Below, piece by piece: positions 1 to 14,813 of a stretch of DNA of 64,000 nt. The DNA comes from the human T2T-CHM13v2.0 reference genome, Homo sapiens. The first letter of the stretch is position 1, and the number at the start of each line of letters is the position of its first letter. The notes below the pieces were generated by a model that saw only the letters and a list, made by a program, of their open reading frames with translations, had not been told where the DNA came from and did not search any database. Where the stretch lies: assembly GCF_009914755.1 (NCBI RefSeq), contig NC_060935.1. The stretch is one strand, 5' to 3'. Made by a program: the position numbers and the translations under genes.

Positions 1-1482
<1,482 letters not shown>

Positions 1483-1613
1483 GTTAGAAAAAAGAAATTT
1501 ACATATATTAGTTATTTAAATATGCTGGATAAATACTATTACACTCATTTCACAAAGATACTGACTCTATATCTTTGCTTGTTTCCCTTAGGTTCTCTGG
1601 ATATTGAGAGAGG

Positions 1614-1824
1614 CTAATGTAATTACCTGGGTAATTGCTCCTCAGGGAACCTAACTTTCTCCCCATTACTCTACTCCTAGAGACTCTGATCAGCTTTTTC
1701 AAAAAATGGGCAGCATTCCAGCCCCAGGACTAAGAAGATATGAATGCCACAGTGGCAGGGACTTGCTGAAGTGAGCTTCCCCATCCCACCTGAGGCTCAG
1801 AGGCCAGTTTCACTTGTGGTGAGT
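1614..1824 (+). promoter_or_regulatory. Candidate OR51J1 promoter and first non-coding exon
   Basis: TAAT homeodomain cores at 1615, 1620 and 1632 abut an O/E (EBF)-like site ctcctcagggaa (1638-1649). Donor-like TG|GTGAGT at 1819. Motif inference only. Confidence 0.35.
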
Positions 1825-1842
1825 GCACAAGCCCATGATCCC

Positions 1843-2210
1843 TGATATGGCTTGGCTCTGTGTCTCCACCCAAATTTCATATTGAATTGTAATCCCCATA
1901 ATCCCTATGTGTCGGGGGAGGGACCAGGTGGGAGATTATTGGATCATGGGAGCAGTTTCCCCCATGCAGTTCTCGTGATACTGAGTTTTCATGAGATCTG
2001 ATGGTTTTATAAGGCAGTTTTCCCTCTTCTTGCTCACTCTCTCTTGCCTGCCACCAAGTAAGATGTGCCTGCTTCTCCTTCTGCCATAATTGTAAGTTTC
2101 CTGAGGCCTCCCCAGCTATGTGGAAATGTGAGTCAATTAAACCTCCTTTGTTAATAAATTACCCAGTCTCAGGTAGTATCTTTATAGCAGTGTGAGAATG
2201 AACTAATACA
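1843..2210 (+). mobile_element. THE1 (THE1D-like) MaLR solo LTR
   Basis: Starts tgatatggcttggctctgtg and ends gaactaataca. 5-bp TSD ATCCC at 1838-1842 and 2211-2215. Confidence 0.92.
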
Positions 2211-4432
2211 ATCCCCAAGCCCTGCCTTCTGAAGCAGCATTCAGGACTCCCAACCCCATGTCACAGTGTGAAGCCCTTAGCATTTTTCCTAAGACAGTAG
2301 TCACCTCCCTAGCTTCTTGAACCTGTCTGGCAGAAGGAGAGGAATCACATCCTAAATTGGTGGCAGATGGAAAACAAAACAAAAACACCAGAGCACATCA
2401 TGAATTCTTGAAATAGTTTTGCCATCATATTATCTTGGGTTACTCACAAAATGCTTATGTCTGGTTTATATGCTCATCTATTAAGTGGGAAATTCTTGTC
2501 TCCTTGTTTACCTCACAGATGTGGTCTGAGTATCAGTGAGCCAATAACAAGGAAAGACAATTATTAATAAAAAGTTGGAAATAAGCTGACTGTGATTGAC
2601 TCCTGAGAATTCCTGAAAGAGTTATAGAGTGGAGAGAATATTAACATTCACTGGTTGCTAAAGGCTCACATTAAATATTTAGAGCCAGTCCCTGAGGTAA
2701 GTATTAACATCTTTATCTTTAAAAACAAAGATACTAATGTGCACAAAGGTAAAGTACGTAAAGTTATACCGAACATAAGATTCACCTCCAATTCTGTCCA
2801 GCTCCAGGGGTACAGTCATCACTGTCCCACATTCTACTTTTTTTCTGATTTGTTGTGTCCTATTATACTGGGCTATAGACTACATGATCCCTTTTGTAAC
2901 CTTTCAAGCTAAAATGCTCTTGTCAAACAAATCCTAAACTCAGGATAATGATTGTGTTTTAAGATCTCTTTCAAGGAGATCTGACCCTTATCTGGCGGTA
3001 GAGACTTTGGAGATGGAAACTGAGAAGGATGCAAAAAAAAAAATGCAAGAAAGAAAAAAAAAGGAAGAAAACAAAAGAGACCACAGACAGGCAGAGAAGG
3101 CAGAGGAGGAGAGACTCTAGTTTCAAGTATCAGTCAAGATTTGTTTCTTCCAATATCCCGTTATTTGAGGTGTGGCAGGCAAGATATAGGGTGCAGTGGG
3201 ATCAAGGATTCAGTAAGGCAGCACACGGGAAGAACAGCTGCTCAATCCAGAGGCAGATCAATATTTGGTCTATTTAAAGAACTAAGAAGGCTATGTTGAG
3301 CTTTTGGAGGTGAGGAAGGAACATAAGGGCGTAAGAATGCAGAAGAGAAATGTTTCTCATTTTCAGCCATAAGATGTTCTCATGTGTGATCATTTGTTAA
3401 GGTCAATAATTTGCCCCTGAATTTCCCTGCCCTACATTTTAACATAGCCCACAGCACAGAGCTTTTCCTAAGCTGATAATCTACTATGTTACGTTGTATC
3501 AGAGCATGATAAGTGTCCAAGGATCTTGTATTTAGTCTATTTAGTCAGGCAATTAATTTTTTTCTTTCCATATTTTCATGATAGCAAAAATATGAAAAAA
3601 TAAATTATGTTAATATCCTATTACATCTACAGTTTTTATTTTCTCCATATTTTATTTTAGTTTTTGTCAAAGTGCCATGTTATATGCCCACTGCCACTGC
3701 CATGATAATTTCCCCTCTTTTTTTTTTCCTGCACTACATTGCATCCAACTTAGCCTGGAAATTTTCTACTAATTCTTAGGTCTTAGCTGAAATGCCACTT
3801 TCCAAGGAAAGCTTTTCCTGACTTTTAAGAATAAATTGGGTTTTTCCCTTTAGGACCCTCTCAAAGTATCTTGAACATTTCCTTTGTAGTACTTAATATA
3901 ATTGCAACCAGCTTGGAGATAAGACTTCAGCATAGGTGACGACTGTATTTGAATATCTGTGGAAGAAGATTTGTTCTCTGTGAGCTGTGGTTGAAAGTTG
4001 CAGAGATTTTCTGAGTAGGTCTAGGACTCTGTGTTGCCTTGGTCCTGCAAGGTCCTTGACATAGAGGTGTGCTCACTGGTTATAGATCTGCAGAGCAAAG
4101 AAGAACTTCATAATAACCATTACGGAATAGTGAGGTCCCTGTTGATGCGTAAGTTCAGCAGTGGCTGAATGGAAAGTTCATACAAGAATCAGATTTTCAG
4201 CACATGTGGGAAGTATGTTTGTTCGTGTGTGAATAGGTAAGCAGGTGTGTCTGTGTGTGTTTGTGTGCATTTGGGTGAATGAGTTGAAAACAATCTTCAG
4301 AGGTCCTTCCTACCATGCTAGTCTAGGATTCTAATGTTATAACTGCTGACCTAGACAATGCTTATCTCAAAACACACCCAATCCAGGCAGGTGGTTTTCT
4401 CTTTCCCTCTATTGCCTTCCTCTCCTCCCCAG

Positions 4433-4533
4433 GAAAAGAACATCCTTGAAAATCTGTTTAGATTTCCACTGTTGTTGCCGTAGTGTATTCAGCAGTGTGT
4501 CTGAGCTAGAAAGAAAAAGTCCCAATGGATAAG
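4433..4533 (+). other. Candidate non-coding 5' UTR exon of OR51J1
   Basis: Long pyrimidine tract plus AG at 4431-4432 and donor AAG|GTAAGT at 4534. A matching acceptor lies before the CDS (branch-like cactaat, ttttcaag at 5830). Confidence 0.4.
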
Positions 4534-5067
4534 GTAAGTTTCTTTGAGAACTGTTGAGTCAACAGATTGTGGATGTGATCGTTGACAGAATATTTTCATG
4601 AACCTTAAAGTCTGCACACACATCCACGAACGTAGGTTCCTTCTCCTTCCTGAATCTTCCATGCCTTTGCACATAATCTTTCTAGTTGACTCCTAGAATT
4701 TTCAAAATATGGGACAGCTAGCCCAGTGTGGGTCCAAATTCTATGCTTTTCTAGTTTAATTCTCTGCCACTTGCTCCAGGCTCTGGCCACTGCCACTATC
4801 TCAGCCTTGCTTAATTATTCATACAATTATATTCATTCTTCAGGTAATTTTTAGCTCTTTTTATATACCATGCTATAGACCTTGTCTTTGTATATTTACC
4901 AATAAAATATTTTCACCTATTCCTGATATTATTCCATATCTTATTTTGGGATTGCTTACATTTCTCTGTCTCCCCAGCAGCTTTTTAGGGCCAGACATCT
5001 CCACACCAACACAAGGCAGTCATTTCTCTCTAAGTTGATCCAAGGTGCACTACACCTTAAATGCATA

Positions 5068-5580
<513 letters not shown>

Positions 5581-5862
5581 AGACACATAATTTTCTTTCT
5601 GCCTATAATGTAATATAATTTTCTAGAACATAATTTTCTATCTGCCTATGACAGAAGCTGTAGCACTCTCCATAATGGAAATTTCTTGATGGTGGTCATT
5701 TGTCAGTTTTTAGAAATAAGAAGTTTGGCCACATAAATCTGTGAGTTTGCTTTTTTCTTCCCTTCCCTCAGTGCCCAGTTGTCTTTCTTCATAATGATGT
5801 CATCTCACTAATTTATTTCTAATTTTCAAGGTGGCACTGATCCCTGAGGATGATATGTCAAC

Positions 5863-6813
5863 ATGAAAATTTCTAATAACTCTTTGGGGTTTTTACCTAC
5901 GACTTTCATTTTGGTTGGCATCCCAGGGCTGGAGTCAGAGCACCTCTGGATATCCGTCCCCTTCTCCCTGATATACATCATCATTTTCCTTGGGAATGGC
6001 ATCATTCTTCACGTCATCAGAACAGATATTGCCCTACATCAACCCATGTACCTCTTCCTTGCCATGTTGGCACTGGCCGAGGTTCATGTCTCTGCATCCA
6101 CCCTGCCTACAGTGTTAGGCATATTCCTTTTTGGAAATACTGAAATTAGTCTTGAAGCTTGTCTTTTTCCAGATGTTCTCCATCCATTCTTTATCCATGA
6201 TGGAGCCAGCTGTGCTGCTGGCCATGTCTTTGGACCGCTTTATAGCCATCTACAGCCCACTGAGCTACACAGCTATCCTGACACTGCCCAGGGTCTTTGG
6301 CACAGGAGCTATTATCGTACTGAAAAGCATTATGCTCATGGCTCCGTTGCCCATTCTCTTATGGCGTCTGCCCTTCTGTGGCCACAATGCCCTCTCACAT
6401 TCCTATTGTCTGCACCCCAATCTTATCTATCTTGTGGGAACATTTCTGTTAACAATATCTATGGGGTTTTCATTGTTACCTCTACTTTTGGGCTGGATTC
6501 GTTGCTGATTGTGATCTCCTATGGGCTCATACTCCACACTGTATTGGGTATTGCCACTGGAGAAGGGAGGAAGAAGGCACTCAACACATGTGGCTCACAC
6601 GTCTGTGCTGTGCTTGCTTACTATGTGCCTATGATTGGCTTGTCTATAGTGCACCGCCTTGGACATCGTGTGTCCCCTCTGCTGCAAGCCATGATGGCCA
6701 ATGCCTACCTCTTCTTCCCACCTGTTGTCAATCCTATTGTCTACAGCATTAAGACCAAGGAGATCCATGGTGCCATTGTCCGAATGCTATTAGAGAAAAG
6801 ACGCAGAGTGTAG
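5863..6813 (+). pseudogene. OR51J1: Class I olfactory receptor OR51J1: 316-aa open ORF with residues about 103-187 read out of frame
   Basis: OR motifs LHQPMY, KALNTCGSH and NPIVYS are in the main frame. The TM3-ECL2 motifs (QMFSIH, AMSLDRFIAI, LSHSYCLHP) are in the 6131..6508 frame. Implies +1 T at 6164-6168 and about -4 at the TATC repeat near 6424-6432. Confidence 0.93.
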
Positions 6814-7380
6814 CCAAAAACCATAGTAGGAAGAAATGTTTTTGTTTGTTTGCTTGCTCTCTATAATAACAGGAGGCCCTAGATTGCATGTTATGCGATT
6901 GATATCACCTTAAAACATGGCGTCTAACAGGAAGTTCTCTATAGTCTGTCCATGAACTGAGGTGAGGGTGCAGGTAGAGGTGAATTATGTGTGACAGAAC
7001 AGTACACAAAAGTGAGGCTTTTTTAAAACATGTGGTATGAGGTTTTCTTCATTACCTTGCATACCTGGAGCAGGAATGCAGAAAAGATTGTAACACAGCA
7101 CTCCTAATGAGGAAAAGGCACCTGGGAGTTAGAAGGTGTAATGGGAAATCTATTGAGCCCTCTGTGCTAGGAAGAGAGGAAGTGAAATGTATTACATTGT
7201 CTTCAGTTATTGCTCTCTGAATTCAATAGGAGAGAAACATACCAGCTAGTTCAAAGGAGGCTTCCACTACAGGCTATGATGTGGCATTCACCCAACCTCA
7301 CCAAGGCCCCAACTTGGAAGTCTTGAAGACTACAAATCTTGTTTATTATGCAAAATTCTGGGATTCTCCCATCCAGGTTG

Positions 7381-8289
7381 TGAGAGGTGAAGCCAGCTGG
7401 GCTTCTGGGTCGGGGGCGGGGGGAGGGGATGGGGCGGGGAGGGCGGGGGGCGGAACTTGAAGAACTTTTCTGTCTAGCTAAGGATTGTAAATGCACCAAT
7501 CAGTTCTCTGTGTCTAGCTAAAGGTTTGTAAACACACCAATCAGCACTCTGTGTCTAGCTAATCGGGTGGGGACTTGGAGAACTTTTCTGTCTAGCTAAA
7601 GGGTTGTAAATGCACCAATCAGCGCTGTGTGTCTAGCTAAAGATTAGTAAATACACCAATCAGAACTCTGTAAAAACGCACCAACTAGTGCTCTGTGTCT
7701 AGCTAACGGTTTGTAAACACACCATTCAGCACTCTGTAAAATCCCACCGATCAGCACTCTGTAAAATGGACCAATCAGCACTCTGTAAAATGGACCAATC
7801 AGTGCTCTGTAAAATGGACCAAGAAACAGGATGTGGGCGGGGCCAAATAAGGGAATAAAAGCTGGCTGCCCAAGCCAGCAGCGGCAACCACCTGGGGTCC
7901 CCTTGCACACTGTGGAAGCTTTGTTCTTTTGCTCTTCACAATAAATCTTGTGGCTGCTCACTCTTTGGGTCTGCACTACCTTTATGAACTATAACACTCA
8001 CTGCGAAGGTCTGCAGCTTCACTCCTGAAGTCAGCGAGACCACGAATCCACCAGGGAGGAATGAACACCTGCAGATGCACCATCTTTAAGAGCTGTAACA
8101 CTCAATGCAAAGGTCTGCGGCTTTACTCCTGAAGTCAGCAAGACCAGGAACCCACCAGAAGGAAGAAACTCCAGACACATCTGAACATCTGAAGGAACAA
8201 ACTCTGGACGCACCATCTTTAAGAACTGTAACAATCACCTTGAGGGTCCTCGGCTTCATTCTTGAATTCACCAAGACCAAGAACCCACC
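7381..8289 (+). mobile_element. LTR12-family (ERV9) solo LTR
   Basis: Starts tgagaggtgaagccagctgg. Tandem U3 repeats (tgtctagctaaagg...caccaatcagcactctg), GC box plus gggaataaaa near 7836-7860, and repeated U5 units. Possible 4-bp TSD GTTG at 7377-7380 and 8290-8293. Confidence 0.95.
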
Positions 8290-11200
8290 GTTGCAGAAAC
8301 TCTTAAAGAGGCAAGCATCCTCTTTGTAGACATTCATATTTTCTACCTTGTTGGATGCTCTTTTGCAGGCATTTAAAATGATGTAAAGCGTTTATACTTA
8401 CATTTTCGGGGAAAGAAATTAAGATTTTTAACATAAAATATATACTAAGAACTTTATTATTTTCATCATTTCCTATAGCAACTCTAAGAAATAGGATTAA
8501 TGTAATTATTACTTTTCAGATGAAAAACTGATGTTTACGTACAGTAAACATCTTGCTCAAATCTATGCATCTAAGACCTAGCATTGGAATGTACCTGGGT
8601 AAGACTTCAGAGTCTGAGCTCTTAATGCCTAAATTATGTCAACTAAGCAAGAAATAAAGCCTTTGATCTCATTAGTAGTCAGTCAAGTAGAATTTATTGA
8701 GCATACTCAATGAGTCAGGTATACTTCTAGACCCTAGAGATAAAGCAGTGACAAAAGATACAAGGTTTCTTCCACTCAAAGAACTTAGAAAGAACTTTTT
8801 TTTTTCTACATTCTCTATCTCTGCTGTACATTTCACTTTCTGGAATGTTGTTTAGAAACAACTTTTAAATTGACCTTATAATGCTTCTTATACAAATAAC
8901 GACACACCTATAAAGCTTCTGAATATAAATTTAAACATTTTAAATAGTTTGCTTGCATTTTGCATTGTAAAGATGTCAATAATTGACAAAGAGTGCTTTT
9001 ACAAGAAGTCTTAATTTCTTGCACAGTTAATGGTGTGAGTCTGCCTCCAGGTTTCCATGTATCCTGTTTCTAGAGATTCTGACCTGGGGATCTGCAGTTG
9101 TCTATAACCATACCCTAAATTAATAGCCCGCTGATAGATGACACAACTCCACAGAGGACAATGCCTCCAAATTATCAATGGAAACCAAGCAAGTAAATCC
9201 ACAAGAAGAATCATTTCATCAATGGCCAGATAAATAAGACAGTGATTATTTCCTGGGATGAGAAGAGAAGAAACATCTGAGTAACATTAGAGTATCTGTA
9301 AAAAGATGTCCCACAACTAGGGAGGTACAGGAAAAGACGTTAGGACCAGATTGTTAAATGGCTTAACATAAAATGAGAATCTTAGGAAGTCATTTCCATT
9401 TTCTTTCTGAGATTGCATAGTGAATTCTCAGCCTTCTTAAATATTATTGCTATATTTAGTAAATGTAAGGCCATTGGAAATACTGAAGCTCTGTAAAGAT
9501 AACTTCTCCTTAGATGTTTCTCAGATTATAGCCAATTTACTGAATATCTTCGGCTTCATTCTAGAATGGATTTCTTTATATGTAATGCTCCTCCCAATTC
9601 TATTTTTTCCAATCTTTATCCTGAAGTCCAGTCTCAGAGACAACATCAGGTTCAGGAAGAATCCTAGAAAATCACACAGTGAAAAGAATCTTGGAATCTC
9701 TTGGTGTCTATGAAATTGTGTAATAAGCAGAATCTGATGGCTCCCTGGGATTTTCTACCTTTATATTCTATGCTAACTTAAAATTTATACCTTTGGAACT
9801 ACGTTTTATGTTCTCAACAAGACAAAGTTATAAGTCGTTATATTCAGCTAAGCATGGAGCTAAATTAAAAATTAGGACACTAAATAAACACTTTCACATT
9901 TATCCAGTGAATATGAGTTTGTTTCAAGCCAATTCTCCTGCCAAGAACAATTAGAAAAGATATAGAAATAGTTTTAAATGACTTGAGAGAGCATTCAAGG
10001 CAATGAGGATGTAAAGATCAAGATTCCAAAGAGAAGGGAAGCCTAGAGAAGTGAGCCTGATATTTATTGAGATTTTTTCCCTTAAGGAATGTATCAATTT
10101 AAAAGTAATAGATGAGTAAATAAGAAGAGCTTACAGCAAACTCAGAGGGTTGGAGTACACGGAGACAACTTTCAGAGCTACAAAAATAAGTACTCAAATG
10201 CATAATGACAGTGAAAATTTGTATTACACCTTTTCTAGTAAATAACACAACTAGCCCAAAACCACAAAATTAATGATTTAAAAGATTTGAAAAACATCAT
10301 TAAAAATACTGATCTTATTAATAATTAAAAAGCAAGAAAATAACAATTATGTACTACCCATTTTTTAAGTGCATGGAGAATGCCTACCAAAACTGACAGT
10401 ACTGTGGGGCATATTTCTTGATCTGTATTGAGGGTACAGGATATATTCATTTTGTGACAATTTTTGAGCTATATACTTAGAAGATGGACACTTTTATCTA
10501 TGAATATTCTATGCCAATTAAAAAGCATATAATAATAATCACCTGCCTGTGTGGTGATGAGTGAATCTCTGCACATTGACTTTTACTAAGTCTTTTGCAT
10601 TGAGTTCCACATGGTATCATCCCCTCTTCCTGAGTTTCAGCTGCCTTAAATACATGAAACTTTCTGACTTCGCAGAATTGCATGGTTTCTTGTTCACTTC
10701 TTCCTCTGTAATCAGTTGGGCTCTATATCTCTTTGCTCTGCAAAATCAGTTGTCACACACATCCATGTGCTTCCCATTTTCATTTTTTGAAGATTTCTCA
10801 CCCGCTTTTGATTTCTCACACATTATGCTATTCACCATGAGTTAATAGTTGTATTAATACCTGAATAAATACATGTGTTCAATTTATCTGCTTTACATAT
10901 TTTGATTTACACATTTTTCTCCTTTTCTGTCTTCCATCAGTTTTTTTTTTTTATTATTTCCCCTGTTTATTCTGGAGTTATAAACTGTACTTCTATTCTC
11001 ATGGGTACACTTTTAATATCTGTACTTTATAAATTTCAATGTTATTCAAAATATCCTTCATTCTCTTCAAATAAGCAAATAATTTATTTTTAATTACCAT
11101 ATATTTCCTCTCTGCCATTTTTCCTATCAATAATGATTAATTTTGTATCCACATTTTAATAAAATGTTATTGACAAAGGTTAAACATTCACATGCTTGAA

Positions 11201-11589
11201 ATTTCAAAAGATTTGAGAGAATATATTTTGAAAATATTCACTTTCAGTCTATATTTCAATAATTCTGGCTTCCCTCCCCAAAAACATATTTTCACAGGGC
11301 TTATGATACCTTTTTCAATTTTTCACTGACCGTCCCTGAAGCTACATCTTACATCACTTTTTCTCTCTGAACTACAGCAATATCAAATATCTTTCATTTG
11401 CTGCAGTTCCAAATTAGCTTTCACTGTTTACAGCAAGCTGCTTCATCCATCTATAATGATTATTACTCTTCCTTGCTCACTCCAGTCCCTTCCTCATCCT
11501 TTAATTTTATCCCAATAATTGCTTTCTAAGTGATATCTTATTTTATCCCATGTATTAGGAAAAACCTCCTAGCTTAACACTGTCAAAAT

Positions 11590-11661
11590 TCTTTCCTTCC
11601 TTCCCTTCCTCCCTCCCTCCCTCCCTTTCTCCCTTCTTTCCTTCCTTCCTTTTCTTCCTTT
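11590..11661. repeat. (CCTT/CCCT)n simple repeat
   Basis: Directly visible. Confidence 0.9.
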
Positions 11662-11724
11662 GCTGTTTTCCTGCAATGGCCTTGGATATAATTTGGAAAA
11701 AATACAGCAGTCACAGCAACTGTT

Positions 11725-12275
11725 CTAATTCCTTATGTTCTCAATCTATTTATTAAAACAAGACAAGTCATTCATGACATCCAATTGGTGGTCTGGTGCT
11801 ATTAGCTAGAGACTGGTCTGGCACTCACAGCTAAAGTTTGGTGTTCTTTTGTTAAATATAAACCATTCAGAATGTCAATAACATACAAGACCAGCCTGTG
11901 ATCACAAGGTATCCAGAAAAAAAAGACCATTTTATAATCCAAACATAAACAATGTCCAAGCCTCAAAACACCAAGCACTCCCCCTCAGTTAATGAGAGTG
12001 ACTCCAGATTTATTATCAACTCAGCCTTAATCTCACTTTCTGTAGACAAGATTTATGAAGTTATCAAAGGAAAATTTCCCCTACTTCCTGAAAGCATTTA
12101 ATTCATAGAAAAGCATCAAATCCTTAAGCCTTCCTCAAAATCACCAAAAACAAGCCCATAACCTATAATAATATTTTTGTAACACCCTCCTAATTCCAAA
12201 TGTTGTGCATTCTTCATCACTAAAAGTAATAAACCCAACTTGTTGATCTATAGGTATGTTCTTGGTGGTACTAGC
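11725..12275 (+). mobile_element. Probable old ERV LTR, family not identified
   Basis: LTR-like 3' end (aataaacccaacttgtt...ggtatgttcttggtggt). Boundaries approximate. Confidence 0.4.
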
Positions 12276-12289
12276 CTTTTTTAAAAGGG

Positions 12290-13703
12290 ATGCCCTGACT
12301 TCTAAGCAGGATGTTGTAGTCTATGGAAGACCAATATTCCTGCTGAAAATAACTAGAAAAGTCATATTTTAAAATCACTGTGTGTGTCTGTGTGTGTTCA
12401 AAGGCATTAGGAAGCTAGGAAGCTATGAAGCAAGGGCAACAACAGGTTGCCCTCTCAGATTCTGAAGAGTGGAGAACCTTGGAGAGGTAAACTGACATCT
12501 AGAGCCATTTTCTTTCCCTGGAGGCATATGTCAATTCTCTGCAAGAGGAAAAGGATGAGGATATGGGCTTTGCCCAGACAGAGGGAAAAAGACACACCAG
12601 CAGAACAGAAAAGAACTGTGAATTAACTAAAGTAAATCCAATTAGTATTTTTCAAAAAGTAAAGGAAAATGGGAAAAAGCTGATGAAATAATGGAAAAAT
12701 TCACCAAAGAATCGGAAAATATTAAAAAATAATTCAATGCAAATTCTAGAACTAAAAAAAATCTATCAAAATAAATGCATTTAAAAGAATATTAAAGGCA
12801 ACAGAAAGCTCTTCCAAGAAAAGAAAAACAAGTCAATAGAAATAGCCAAATGAAAGCACAAAAATTGAAAATATAAAGCACAAAAATTGAAAATATAAAG
12901 ACGTGAAATACATGTAGGACATATTTTAAAAATGTAACATTCATGGAAACTTAAACAATAGAGGAAAAGGAGGTACAGAAGCACTATTTCAAGAGATAAT
13001 GGTTGAGAATTCCCCTAAACTGGTAAAACGCATCAATCCATATATCCAAGAAGGCCCACATAGTTTATGAAAGCCCTGAATAAGCATATCATATTTAAAT
13101 TAACAGAAACCAGTAACAAAGAGAAATACACTGAAGTCAGTCAGAGGAAAATGTCTCATTATCTTTAAATGATCAAAAATAGTACAAACAGCTGGCTTCT
13201 CAGTAGAAATGTAAGACACTGAAAGATAATAGATTTATGTATGTAAAATAACCACCAACATCCCATTCTATACACAGTGAAAATATTCTTTTAAAATGAA
13301 AAAATAAAGAAGTTTTCAGATAAGCAAATACTGAGAGTATTTGTTAGCAGCAAACCTGCGTTATATCAAATAAGTTCTTTAGTCAAAAGGAAAATGAACC
13401 CAGAGACAAGCACAGAAATATGGAGTGAAATTAAAAGCATTGGAAAAGGTAAATATGTAGAAGAAAGCAAACACTGACTGAAAAAAACAATAATACTCAT
13501 GTTGTATTGGGGTTTAAACATTCTTTGAACTATAATTGTGGCAGGAATCATGCAAAAAGAAAGAGATATCATTTGAGTTTTTAAAGTTCTGAGCTTCTAT
13601 CTAGCATTACTGGGAAAATTGAAAAATGGTAATTTATAGTAGACGATAAGATGTCAAGATGCAATTTGTTATCTACGAGATAATCACTAAAAGAATAGTA
13701 AAA
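12290..13703 (+). mobile_element. Ancient L1M fragment (5'/ORF1 region)
   Basis: A-rich strand with degenerate ORF1-like segments (gagataatggttgagaattccc, gttttcagataagcaaatactgagag). Confidence 0.6.
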
Positions 13704-13705
13704 TA

Positions 13706-14733
13706 CGGTCATGTTTCACATAATGACTTTTCAACCAACAACGGACTGCATATAGGACAGTGGTTCCATAGATTATAATGAAAGTGAAAAATCCTATCAC
13801 TTGTTATTTACTATACTTTACTTTTATTGTTATTTGAGAGAGTATTTCTTCTACTTAGAAAAAAAAAGTTAACTGTAAAAAAGACTCAGGTAGGTCCTTC
13901 AGGAGGTATTCAAGAATAAGGCATCATTATCCTAGGAGATGACAGCTTCATGTATGTTATTGTCCAAAAGATCCTCCAGTGGAACAATGTGTGGAAGTGG
14001 AAAACAATATACTGATGATCTTGATCCTGTGTAGGTCTAGGCTAATGTGTGTGTCCATGTCTTAATTTTTAACAAAAATGTTTAAAAAGTAAAAATAAAT
14101 ACATAAATTTTAAAAATAAAAAATGTGTAAAATAAGGATGTAAAGAAAAAAATATTTCTGTACCACTGTACAATGCATTCATGGATTTAGCTGTATTATT
14201 ACAAAACAGTCAAAAAGTTAAAGTATATAAAGTAGAAAAGATACAGTAAGCTAAGGTTAATTTATTATTGAAGAAAGAAAACTATTTTTTATAAATTCAG
14301 CATAGCCTAAATGTCCAGTGTTTATAAAGTCCATAGTAGCAAACAGTAATGTCCTAGGACTTTTCATCCACTCACCACTCACTCACTGATTCACTCAGAG
14401 CAACTTTCAGTCCTGCAAACTCTATTCATGGTACATGCCCTATTCAGGTGTATCATTGTTTATCTGTTGTAGCATTTTTTACTATACCTTTTCTATGTTT
14501 AGATATGTTTAGATACAAAAATACCACTGTGTTACAATTGCTTACAGTATTCAGTAGAGCAACATGTACATGTTTGTAGCCTAGGAGCAATAGGCTACAT
14601 CATATAGCCTAAATGTGTAGTAAGCTGTACCATCTAGGCTTGTGTGAGTACAGTATGATGTTTGCACAACTACAATATTGACTAACAACACATATCTCAG
14701 GACATACCCCTGTTGCTAAGTGACACATGACTA
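13706..14733 (+). mobile_element. Tigger3 (Golem)-family DNA transposon relic
   Basis: Degenerate TIRs cggtcatgtttcacataatgac and gttgctaagtgacacatgacta, with TA before the start. Confidence 0.85.
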
Positions 14734-14813
14734 TTTCTAATAATACATTAATGAATGGAAAATGAAATAAGTCCCCATTCATGGGCATTCAGAATGATTA
14801 AAAGGAACATAAT

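Noticed and set aside
7465-7820. Regularly spaced repeats superficially like a CRISPR array
   Set aside because: These are LTR12 U3 tandem units with no unique spacers, in eukaryotic context with no cas genes.
9548-9568. tcggcttcattct shared with the LTR12 at about 8250
   Set aside because: A 13-bp match only; compatible with chance.
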